Positions 1 through 7,986 of a stretch of 19,159 bases of DNA are shown here, one piece after another. The notes beneath the pieces are model-generated. The model did not search any database. It was not told where the DNA came from and saw nothing but the letters and a program-made list of their open reading frames with translations. The position numbers and the translations under genes were made by a program. Origin of the DNA: Armatimonadota bacterium (GTDB lineage: Bacteria; Sysuimicrobiota; Sysuimicrobiia; Sysuimicrobiales; Humicultoraceae); contig JBQTJP010000012.1 of assembly GCA_052386995.1 (NCBI GenBank), positions 1 to 19,159 on the forward strand, given 5' to 3'. Numbering within the stretch: position 1 is the first letter of the stretch; every line of letters starts with the position of its first letter.

Positions 1-105
1 TGCGGCGTTCAGCAGGTCGGGATGCGCGGCCAGCATGGCTTTGACCTTCTCGAGGTCGCCATGCCCGGCAATGACGAAGTCGCGGACGAGTTCGGGGGAC
101 GGCAT
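1..105 (-). CDS. Probable ankyrin-repeat protein, N-terminus only (runs off window edge)
   Basis: Not in the ORF track. ATG at 105 reads MPSPELVRDFVIAGHGDLEKVKAMLAAHPDLLNAA, with an ankyrin-like A-x-x-G-D-L-E-x-V-K-x-M-L pattern. Starts 12 nt after the stop of 118..474. Confidence 0.6.
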   Translation of the reverse strand, partial: MPSPELVRDFVIAGHGDLEKVKAMLAAHPDLLNAA

Positions 106-117
106 GCTGACCGTTGA

Positions 118-474
118 TCAGTTCGCGCCACGAGCGCGATTACCCGCTCTGCCGATGACGACTGCCGCCCGTACAGGCTTCCCAGCGCACTCCCGGCAGC
201 GCCCGTTTGCGAGCACCTTCACTATGTACTGGGGGCCGGCCATGATACCGCACCGTGAGCACGCCCCAACCGGAGGGTGGTCCAGGCAGACACTGCGCCG
301 CATCACGCCGCCGAGCCCAACGCTCAAGGCCACGCCTTCGACCGGGGCGAACTCCAGCCGACGTCCACAGCCGGGAAAGGCACAGCGCAGCGGCGGCATC
401 ACCGCACGCCCCTTCCTCCGGCCCTCCGGCGTTCGCGTGTCCTGCACCTTGATTCCGTCCGCGATTAGGACCAC
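118..474 (-). CDS. Small Cys-rich hypothetical protein (possible zinc-binding)
   Basis: GTG start 6 nt downstream of SD GAGGTGAG (481-488). Contains CAFPGC, CLDH, CSRC and CREC motifs. Confidence 0.6.
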   Translation of the reverse strand: MVLIADGIKVQDTRTPEGRRKGRAVMPPLRCAFPGCGRRLEFAPVEGVALSVGLGGVMRRSVCLDHPPVGACSRCGIMAGPQYIVKVLANGRCRECAGKPVRAAVVIGRAGNRARGAN

Positions 475-791
475 GTTGTACTCACCTCGTCAGCGCGCAG
501 TACCTGAAGGTAGTCCTGCACCTATTGTAGCGGTATTGCAAGGAGTCTGCGCCTCTGCGCCGCAGTCGCTACAGACAGTCGCTCAAAGGCGATGACGCTG
601 GAGCGGGCCATCGAGTGCCAGCCTCTCTCTCGGGAACTGGATGGCTGAGGTCGGGCCAAGAGGCGCGACATATGCCCAAGTTGTTCTACGCCATGGATAC
701 CGGGGCACCACTGCTGGAAATGGTCGCGCAGGCAATATCCATGTTGCTCCTCCTGGAGTCCGCACAGCCCGAGGCTTGAGACTGGGCGGCA

Positions 792-1400
792 TCAGAGGAC
801 CATTCTCAACGCGTTCTCGACCGTTGAGCGATGCGTCTCGAGTCCGTAGATCCGGAAGGCTATGTCGTCAATTGCAACCCGTACTTGGCCCGCCTCTAGT
901 AGTACCTCTTCTAGGGCGCTAGTCTCAACCTCACGTTCTACTTCCTTAATCCGTCCTTCCACTGTTCGCAGATTGCGCGCGGGAATTTCATCATAAACAG
1001 GAGCGCTCAGGGCTCTTAGCGCGGCAAGTACAAGATTTTCTCCATTTCTACCTGTGTGCTTACGCTTACCCTTGAACCGCTTGTCGAATTCTGTCAGGTA
1101 GACTGCCCTGAAGAGAAGCATTCGACGCAGAGCGGTATCTGCAACACGAACCTCGGCAAGCACTCGCCATTCCCGTTCCCCTTCCTCCCAATCCTCCTCT
1201 TCGGTGACCTCCCCATTAAGGAGGTAGCCCTGCGTTGTGGCCTGCACCCGAAGAGCCAAAAGGTGTCCTACCGCATTAGGATCAGGGCTCGTATAAGCCA
1301 CGACGCTGGCATATGATCCTGCAGGGTCGTGGTAATAGGCGAACGCCACATTCTTGTGAGGTAGTCCGTACACGTGCTTGAGAAAGGCGTCAACGGTCAT
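792..1400 (-). pseudogene. Probable C-terminal remnant of a Type IIG-like restriction-modification/methyltransferase protein
   Basis: Open frame of ~200 codons, visibly more AT-rich than its flanks, with no clear SD. Ends with a helical segment and IDDIAFRIYGL, resembling the ID-x-x-V-x-x-LYGL tail of Eco57I-like/Type IIG enzymes. No MTase motifs are present. Confidence 0.4.
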
Positions 1401-1821
1401 CCGGAGCTTGACGGGTTGCCGCGACAAGACCTGGCGGAACGTCGTGACGGATCTGTCAACGAGACGAAGCCTCTACGTAATCGCCAGCTCGCCACAGGAG
1501 GACCCTCTGGGGCCAGACAAGTTCAAGGAAATCGTTGAAAGGGTGCTCAGCGACGATTCGATCCTGGGCCTCGTCATGGCCGTTCAACCATCGAGACCCA
1601 GGGCGCGGCTGTCGCTGGAGGATATCTTCGAGGTCGTGCAGGGCAAGTTGTCCCCGATCGCGGTCATGTTGCATCCACCCTACAAGAACGGCGCCAGTCC
1701 GCCGCCCCAATCCGTCCAGGCCCGCCTCAACCCATTAGGCGTGACCCTGACCATCCTCAATGGCCAGCGCTTTTCCTATCTGAACGCCCGCGACATACGC
1801 AAACTCGCCGCGATTCCCTAG
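1378..1821 (+). pseudogene. Hypothetical alpha/beta protein, probably 5'-truncated
   Basis: 147-codon ORF with protein-like composition and no SD. The N-terminal STVIRSLTG resembles the helix after a Walker A (GKST-x-IR-x-LTG) whose first half is missing. Its 5' end overlaps that of the divergent ORF. Confidence 0.4.
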
Positions 1822-1911
1822 GCTCAACCCAGTCACGCGCGCCGGCCCCACCCCCCTGGTTCCCTGCACAGGTTCTCCACGGGCTGGCTGCCGGGGCTAC
1901 GGCCGGGCCTC

Positions 1912-1935
1912 AGTTTGAGGGTAGTTTGAGGGTAG
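1912..1935. repeat. Period-11 tandem repeat (AGTTTGAGGGT x2 + AG), candidate arm-type site of a second, older element
   Basis: Exact 24-bp period-11 repeat ending 65 bp before the att core at 2001. Same geometry as 12458-12481 but a different sequence. Confidence 0.6.
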
Positions 1936-2000
1936 CAACCCGATACGCGAGGGGCTTACGGAAGGGGTGACGGCTGAAATCCTTGCCTGGTGCGGAATCT

Positions 2001-2057
2001 CTGGCGCGCCCGGAGGGACTTGAACCCCCGACCTACGGCTCCGGAGGCCGCCGCTCT
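2001..2057 (-). repeat. attR: displaced 3' part of tRNA-Arg
   Basis: ctggcgcgcccggagggacttgaacccccgacctacggctccggaggccgccgctct is identical to 12551-12607. The tRNA 5' 20 nt are absent. Confidence 0.95.
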
Positions 2058-2097
2058 CGGCGCAATACCGCGCAGGGACGGCATTTCGCGCTCCGTG

Positions 2098-2119
2098 TCC
2101 AATCAGCATCTAATCCCTT
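2098..2119. repeat. Degenerate arm-type site pair inside the left end
   Basis: TCCAATCAGCA TCTAATCCCTT: two 11-mers matching TCTAATCAATC at 7/11 and 8/11, in the same orientation, 40 bp inside the att core. Confidence 0.5.
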
Positions 2120-2202
2120 GTGTGACGGAGGACGCTGGCGGGCGTTCAAGATCTCGGACAGGAGCATGGGCCTCGTGACGCACCCATTCCTTCAGAACAG
2201 CC

Positions 2203-2759
2203 TCAGCGTGAATGATGCCAACTCCGCCAATCCTCGAAGTGGGTCTGCGTCTCGCGCAGAATCGCCCTCCAGTTGGCCCGCTGGGACGAACGCGGAACGC
2301 CTCAACGGCCACCGCCAGAAACTGCTCCAAAGCGATGCGTCCCGTTGGGAGATGCGCCCCGACCAGTTCAGTAAACCCCACCCGTGCCCCATACTCGATG
2401 TGCAAGTGAGGATACGGGACCTCGGGAGTCTCCGCAGGATGCCAATGGTATGCGAGAATCTCACGGCCATCCCCGTCCTCCAGAGCATACCAATAGCCGA
2501 CCGTGCTGACCTTCCAGGGACCCAATTCCCCCTCAGCGGTTACAATCTGGTAACGCTGAGTGACTCTCATCCACAGCGATGGTTGCGGCGGGTCTCGGCG
2601 CAATCGAACCGGATCACCCCTGTTCAGGGTTAGCGGATGATCGACGAAGGGGCGGTCGTCGCCCCGCCGGTCGAAGACCGCGTTGGTAACGCAAGAAACT
2701 GCCCTCTGAATCGGATCCAGAAAGTTCTGAACAGCTTCGTGGGGTGTGCGGCCCGCCAC
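2203..2759 (-). pseudogene. TumE/DUF6516-like toxin with a 1-bp frameshift near the 3' end
   Basis: YWYALEDGDGREILAYHWHP...PYPHLH resembles the DUF6516 Y-x-Y...IL-x-Y...P-H-x-H pattern. After FRVRP, one extra C at 2283-2285 gives QRANWRAILRETQTHFEDWRSWHHSR* (stop 2203-2205, 185 aa). As sequenced the ORF runs to 2103. Confidence 0.55.
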
Positions 2760-2979
2760 CTTTTTGTGTGCGTGAAGAGACCTTCCTGGCGAAGGGCAGA
2801 AGGCTCGCGACCCGCATGACCTCCGGCCGGTCGCGCCGGCTGTCGAACTGGCCAGTTTCCCACTTGCGGACGAACTCCTCCCCGCTCATACCAAGGTGAC
2901 GCCGAGCCTGGCGGTCAAGCAGCCTCCGCCCCTCGCTCCTGTTGAGCACTCGAATCCGTCGGCTAGGATGCCGTGACAT
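2614..2979 (-). CDS. TumA-like small antitoxin (core 65 aa, 2785-2979; stop apparently lost)
   Basis: ATG 2979 with SD GAGGAAGG (2985-2992). Motif LGMSGEEFVRKWETGQFD. Lies directly upstream of the toxin-like gene. The codon after LLPFAR is AAG (2782-2784), one change from TAG, and the read-through overlaps the next gene by 146 nt. Confidence 0.55.
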   Translation of the reverse strand: MSRHPSRRIRVLNRSEGRRLLDRQARRHLGMSGEEFVRKWETGQFDSRRDRPEVMRVASLLPFARKVSSRTQKGGGPHTPRSCSELSGSDSEGSFLRYQRGLRPAGRRPPLRRSSANPEQG

Positions 2980-3006
2980 GATCGCCTTCCTCATCCCCAC
3001 GTCCAC

Positions 3007-3036
3007 TTCTTACCACGGCTGAATGCTCCCAGTCAA
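3007..3036 (-). promoter_or_regulatory. Candidate sigma70 promoter of the TA-like pair
   Basis: TTGACT-N18-TAAGAA with a TG extension, 27 nt upstream of ATG 2979. The -10 lacks its last conserved T. Confidence 0.35.
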
Positions 3037-3191
3037 ACGCTCCTCGCAGCGGAACCCGCTCAGGCTTAGAATCATCACCTGGGACATCTGATGTCCTGGA
3101 CAACTGACTGGCCTGCACGCTCATAACCATCTCGCTTCGCGGCCGTAAGAAGGCGCCCGCCTATCGACACTGCAGCGGCTGCCACTCGACC

Positions 3192-4850
3192 CTAGTGCTC
3201 CCAATCCCAGGCTTCAGAGTTCCAGTTGATCGACGGCCCTGGCTGGAAGTTCTTGAGCTTCTTCTTCGATGCCAGGAGCAACACGCGGAAGTACAGCGGG
3301 ATCGCGGGTAGTTCTTCGGCCCAGATCTCCTGTTGCCGACGCATCAACTGCACCCGCTTCCGGGCGTCGAGTTCCTCGGTAATCTGATCGATCAACCGGT
3401 CGTTCTCCGTATGCCGCCATCCGCCGAAGTTGGAGCCCTCCCAGTTATTGGCTTGAGAGGGGATCTGGCTCGAGTGCCAGCGGACCGGCAGGGTTAGCGG
3501 GGTGAAGAAGACACCGGAGATGGCCATGTGGGAGAACTGGCGCCGGCGAAACACCTGACCAAGTAGCACATTGGCAGGACGGTTGTCGATCTTGAGGTCG
3601 ATGCCCACAGCGCGGAGTTGCTCCTTGATGATGAGTTGGATCTGCTCCCGCTGTGTGTGGCCGGCATTGGTCATGATTGTCATCTCGACACGCTTACCGG
3701 ACGCGTCGCGCAGGATACCGTCTGCTCCTGGAGTAAACCCGGCCTCCTTCAAGAGGTCGCGCGCGCGGGCGAGATCATACGGATACTTTCGGACGTTGGG
3801 GTTGAAGCCTTCATGCCGCTCGGGGACCCAGGTGTGGGCGACCGGCTGCTTGCCGTAGAACAGTTTGGCGTTGAACTCTTCCCGGTTGATCGCGTGCACC
3901 AGTGCCTGGCGTACGCGCTTGTCTTTGAGCCATTCGTTGTCCAAATTGAGGTTGATGTACTCCCAAAGGAAGGCCGAAATATAGTGGGTGGCCACCTGTG
4001 GACTGCGCCGTTCAATGTCGATCATCTGGTCAATGGAGAAGCCATTGGCGAGCCCCGTGACGTCAACCTGGCCAGCGATCAGGTTGGCCTGCAGAACCGT
4101 GCCGTCCAAAATGAAACGCCAGATCTGTCGGCGGATCTTCGGTTTGCCCTCGGGAAACTGGTCGAACGCCTCCAGTGTGATATGGCTGCCTGCGTTCCAT
4201 TCGACAAACCGGTAAGGGCCGTTGCCAATAGGTGCGCGGCCCTGACGGTGCGCTTTGAGGCCTGATGGGTTTCGCAGGTACTCGCGTTCCAGGACGTGTC
4301 TGGGATACGTAGCGTGTCCAAGGTTGGCAAACGGGTACAGTTCGTTCCACTGGACAACGAGGGTGTACGGGTCGTTCGAGTCAGGCACGAGCATGTTGTC
4401 AATCTTGCGCAGGACGAATCGGCTAAGTGTCGGGCTGCTCGGGTTGCGCAGCATCAGGTACGTCCAGGATGTGTCCAGGGCGGTAACCGGACGGCCGTCG
4501 TGCCAGGTGTAGCCCTTCTTCAGCTTGTACGTTACCCGCATCTTCTTTGCGGGCAGTAACTCCCAATCACCATCCTTGAGTGTCGGGATTTTGACGGCCA
4601 TGCGTGAAAATAGCCTCCACTGACCGTCCCAGTCCACCATACCGACAAACAGCGACGTCAGGACTTCGCTGCTGACCAACATTGTGGTGAACGCGGGGAT
4701 GAGCAGGTCGGGTTCCTGAGCTAGGCCGATCACAACCGTGTCCTTGCGTTGGGCGATGGCGTAGTCTGATACCAACAGGACACCGATTAAGACGGCCTGA
4801 AGTACGAAGAGCGCCAGTCTAATTCGGGCGGTGGGCATCCTGAAGTGCAT
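3192..4850 (-). CDS. Peptide ABC transporter substrate-binding protein (family 5, OppA/AppA/DppA-like), orphan
   Basis: Signal peptide ending AIA|Q with no lipobox Cys. Motifs WHDGRPVTALD, PIGNGPYRFVEW, DKRVRQALVHAINR and EELPAIPLY. Start may be ATG 4838. Confidence 0.92.
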   Translation of the reverse strand: MHFRMPTARIRLALFVLQAVLIGVLLVSDYAIAQRKDTVVIGLAQEPDLLIPAFTTMLVSSEVLTSLFVGMVDWDGQWRLFSRMAVKIPTLKDGDWELLPAKKMRVTYKLKKGYTWHDGRPVTALDTSWTYLMLRNPSSPTLSRFVLRKIDNMLVPDSNDPYTLVVQWNELYPFANLGHATYPRHVLEREYLRNPSGLKAHRQGRAPIGNGPYRFVEWNAGSHITLEAFDQFPEGKPKIRRQIWRFILDGTVLQANLIAGQVDVTGLANGFSIDQMIDIERRSPQVATHYISAFLWEYINLNLDNEWLKDKRVRQALVHAINREEFNAKLFYGKQPVAHTWVPERHEGFNPNVRKYPYDLARARDLLKEAGFTPGADGILRDASGKRVEMTIMTNAGHTQREQIQLIIKEQLRAVGIDLKIDNRPANVLLGQVFRRRQFSHMAISGVFFTPLTLPVRWHSSQIPSQANNWEGSNFGGWRHTENDRLIDQITEELDARKRVQLMRRQQEIWAEELPAIPLYFRVLLLASKKKLKNFQPGPSINWNSEAWDWEH

Positions 4851-7707
4851 AGCTCACGGCTTCGTTGATTGTCATCGCTCGCCCTTCAGCCCACGCCTGC
4901 GCCATCGCCTCTTCCCCGAGGCCTACTCGCAAGTTAGATACATCGCGTTCATACTCAGCGCGGTTTGCAGGGGCCATGACAATGCCGAGCGTCTCGCGCA
5001 AGGCCTCTGCCGCACCGAGGAGGCGCGCTGCGTGCGTTTGCTGGCTTTCCTGCAACGCCAGTTGCGCAACCTCCAGGAGGCACCGTAGGATGCCGGGTTT
5101 CTGACCAATGGCTTGAGACTCCCGGAGGCTAGACTTCAGCAGTGAACTCGCTTCCGCCAGATCATTTTGCAAGAGAGCCACACTTGCGAGCCCGCGCAGA
5201 GGACCAGCTGCACGTAGCCCGAGACTGGTTTCTTTGTTGAGCCGCAGTGCCTCTTCAAAGAGTGACCGTGCCTTGGGAATGTCTCCCTCGTCTCTGGCAA
5301 TGCTCCCGAGCCCCGCGAGGGCGTCGACGATAGACGCCGAAAGATTGTTGCTCATCGCCAGATCGAGGCATTCCTCGAAGAGCGGGCGCGCCAAGGTACG
5401 TTTGCCCAGTTGCATGAACAGGTCGGCGCTTACGGAGAGCGCTTCTGTCAAAAAGAGCGCACGGCCGAACTCGCGGCATATTGCAAGACCCTCGCGAGCC
5501 GAAACCTCCGCTGCGTCGTAGTCCCCCTGGACTAACTGGATTTGGCTCAGGCCGCCGAGAAGCTGGCCGATGGCCTGCTTGGCGTCGAGTTCGCGGAAGG
5601 CCGCCAGGCTCTCCTCATGTAGCGCGCGTGCCCTCAAATAGTCTCCTTGCCATCTTGCTACTCTACCCAAATGCCAGAGACAGCGCGTGATCTCATACTT
5701 GTCACCAAGTGCGCGAAAGTTGGCCAGTGCTTCTTCGATGAAACTGGCCGCGGCAGCATACTCGCTGAGCTGTAAGGTGAGCCTGCCGAGCTGGCGTAGT
5801 GCCCTCGCACGCAGCAAGGGAGAGCTGCTCCGGGAGCGTTGCAAGATTGCCTTTAACCAGTCTCGGCCTTCCATGACGTGACCATGGGATATCCAAAACA
5901 GGTGCATGCTGTAGGCCAGCCGAAGGCCTTTGTCCGCATCGCCTCCCGTCAGGGACCACTCTATTGCGGCACGAATATTGTTGTACTCGTGTGGGATAGC
6001 CGCGAAGACGGCAGCTTCCGTTTCCTGCGGGAGGGAATGAATCCCTTCGGACTCCTCGAGCGATGTTACGAGCTCGAGATACCAGGACAAATGCTTGTCA
6101 CGGATCTGCGCTTCCTCCCCGGCTTCTCGAAGCTTCTCAATAGCGTAGAGCCTAACCGGTTCCAGCAAACGGTAGCGAGCTTCATCGCCTCGGGGTTCCA
6201 CCTGTAGCAGGGATTTGTCCACGAGCAGCGTGACCTGGTTGAACGTGTCGAGTTCACCCGCGTCCTCACAGACAGCCTCGGCCGCCTCCAACGCAAAGCG
6301 ACCGGCGAACACCGAGAGCCGGCGGAACAGAACACGCTCAGGCTCTGACAGAAGGCCGTAACTCCAGTCCAGTGTTGCCTGAAGCGTCTGATGACGAGAC
6401 GCTGCAGTCCGGCTCCCTCCCGCGAGCAACCCGATCGAATCCTCTAGGCGCAGGGCGATCTGCTCCACAGTCAGCGCTTTGACGCGCGCGGCGGCCAGTT
6501 CTATCGCCAGCGGGATGCCCTCGAGCTGCCGGCAGATCTTCGCCACTGCGGGCGCATTGGCGGCGGTCACAGTGAAGGACCTGCGCGCCGCTCGCGCCCG
6601 TTCATTGAACAGAGAGCCCGCCTCCGATTGCAGCAACCGTTCGACCGAAATCGACCCTGACACGTCGGGAAGAGAGAGGAAAGGCACGAGCCAGACCGAC
6701 TCGCCTCCAATCCCAAGTGCCTCCTGGCTGGTGGCAAGAATACGCATATGAGAACAGTTCTGTAGTAGCGTATCGGCAAGGCGGGCACAGGCTGACAGGA
6801 GGTGCTCACAGTTATCCAACAAGAGCAGCAGTCGTTTGTGTCGCAGGGAGTCAACAAGCGTTGTCTGGATAGGCCGCCCGGGTTCCTCGCGAATTCCAAG
6901 GGCAGTTGCCACGGTTTGTGCAACCTGGTCGGGGTCTGTTAGCGGCGCCAGCTCTACCAGCCAAACGCCTTCGGGGAATTCGTCCAGGACCTCTACTGCG
7001 GTCCGAAGGGCGAGTCGCGTCTTGCCGCTGCCCCCGGGGCCGGTCAGGGTCAGCAATCGTGTCGTCGGCAGTCGGTCTTTGACTTCCGAGATTTCGCGCG
7101 CGCGCCCCACGAAACTAGAGAGAAACTGGGGCAGGTTGTTTGGGTAGGCTTCAGGGGTTCGCAGGCGCGGGAAGTCTTCGGGCAAACCGGCGACGACGAC
7201 TTGGAACAGATGCTCAGGGTGTTGCAGATCCTTCAAGCGATGCTGGCCAAGGTCTCGTAGGCGAATGGTGTCAAGAGGATCATCTTCGAGTAAGTCGCGA
7301 GTGGTTTGGGAAAGGAGCGTCTGGCCGCCGTGGCCTGCGGCGCAGATGCGCGCCGCGCGATGGAGCCCGATGCCCACATACCCGGTCTCCCCACTGATGG
7401 GCTCGCCGGTGTGCACCCCAATGCGGACGCGGACCGAGGCCCCGTCGGGCCACGGGTGGGCGAGCACGAGGCGCTGGGCGTCGACCGATGCTTCGACCGC
7501 AGCCCGGGCCGTCGGAAATGCGAAGAGTAACCCGTCACCGTGTGTCTCGAGTTCCTGACCGCCGTATTTATGGAATGCCCCGCGCAGCAGGCGATTGTGA
7601 TCTGCAAGGATGGCCGCATACCGATCGCCGAGTTGCTGGAGCAGGCGCGTGGACCTCTCGATATCGGTGAAGACGAATGTGACGGTCGCGGTTGGCAGAT
7701 TGGCCAT
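4819..7707 (-). CDS. Class III nucleotide cyclase + STAND (NB-ARC-like) ATPase + TPR-repeat protein
   Basis: Cyclase motifs TFVFTDIERST, ETHGDG, VRIGVHTGE and HRAAR. Walker A GPGGSGKT, Walker B LLLLLDNCE, GIPLAIELAA. C-terminal TPR-like helical repeats. No C-terminal LuxR HTH. Confidence 0.92.
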   Translation of the reverse strand: MANLPTATVTFVFTDIERSTRLLQQLGDRYAAILADHNRLLRGAFHKYGGQELETHGDGLLFAFPTARAAVEASVDAQRLVLAHPWPDGASVRVRIGVHTGEPISGETGYVGIGLHRAARICAAGHGGQTLLSQTTRDLLEDDPLDTIRLRDLGQHRLKDLQHPEHLFQVVVAGLPEDFPRLRTPEAYPNNLPQFLSSFVGRAREISEVKDRLPTTRLLTLTGPGGSGKTRLALRTAVEVLDEFPEGVWLVELAPLTDPDQVAQTVATALGIREEPGRPIQTTLVDSLRHKRLLLLLDNCEHLLSACARLADTLLQNCSHMRILATSQEALGIGGESVWLVPFLSLPDVSGSISVERLLQSEAGSLFNERARAARRSFTVTAANAPAVAKICRQLEGIPLAIELAAARVKALTVEQIALRLEDSIGLLAGGSRTAASRHQTLQATLDWSYGLLSEPERVLFRRLSVFAGRFALEAAEAVCEDAGELDTFNQVTLLVDKSLLQVEPRGDEARYRLLEPVRLYAIEKLREAGEEAQIRDKHLSWYLELVTSLEESEGIHSLPQETEAAVFAAIPHEYNNIRAAIEWSLTGGDADKGLRLAYSMHLFWISHGHVMEGRDWLKAILQRSRSSSPLLRARALRQLGRLTLQLSEYAAAASFIEEALANFRALGDKYEITRCLWHLGRVARWQGDYLRARALHEESLAAFRELDAKQAIGQLLGGLSQIQLVQGDYDAAEVSAREGLAICREFGRALFLTEALSVSADLFMQLGKRTLARPLFEECLDLAMSNNLSASIVDALAGLGSIARDEGDIPKARSLFEEALRLNKETSLGLRAAGPLRGLASVALLQNDLAEASSLLKSSLRESQAIGQKPGILRCLLEVAQLALQESQQTHAARLLGAAEALRETLGIVMAPANRAEYERDVSNLRVGLGEEAMAQAWAEGRAMTINEAVSYALQDAHRPN

Positions 7708-7836
7708 CGGGCGCCCCGCGCGGAACCGAGTGACGGTCTTGGGACGGTGCCTTCGCGGCCGTGTGGCGCTAACTCCTGCGGGCCGGGGAGCTGGACCGGA
7801 AGGAGTGACCGCAATAAAATGACTCCGCGACAGACG

Positions 7837-7986
7837 CTACTGCGCCCACTCCCAGGCCCTCGGACGTGAAGAGGATCCCGCCGAGTACGCCGGGCTTGAC
7901 GTTCTTCAACGCCTCGTTCGACGTCGTGAGCGACAGTCCGTAGAAAAACGGAATCGCGGCAACTCCTCGACCCAGATCTCCTGCTC
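7837..7986 (-). pseudogene. C-terminal relic of a second family 5 peptide-binding protein
   Basis: With two 1-bp indels corrected it reads EQEIWVEELP(A)IPFFYGLSLTTSNEALKNVKPGVLGGILFTSEAWEWAQ*, aligning with the end of 3192..4850 (QQEIWAEELPAIPLYF...LKNFQPG...NSEAWDWEH*). Confidence 0.85.

Noticed and set aside
599..608. GCCCGCTCCA (minus strand), resembling a tRNA-Gly 3' end, as distal att of the old island
   Set aside because: Only ~10 bp, no T-arm, and a different tRNA; chance is likely.
2001..2080. Second tRNA-Arg gene
   Set aside because: The 5' acceptor strand and most of the D-arm are missing; this is the att duplicate.
1983..2633. 216-aa plus-strand ORF
   Set aside because: Crosses attR and is antisense to the toxin-like gene.
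3010..3190. Secreted signalling-peptide gene downstream of the SBP
   Set aside because: The short ORF there has no signal-peptide character or clear SD.
4819..7707. Pycsar, CBASS or canonical Avs assignment
   Set aside because: No adjacent cNMP-binding effector, no aromatic pyrimidine-specifying residue, and no nuclease, TIR or SIR2 domain.
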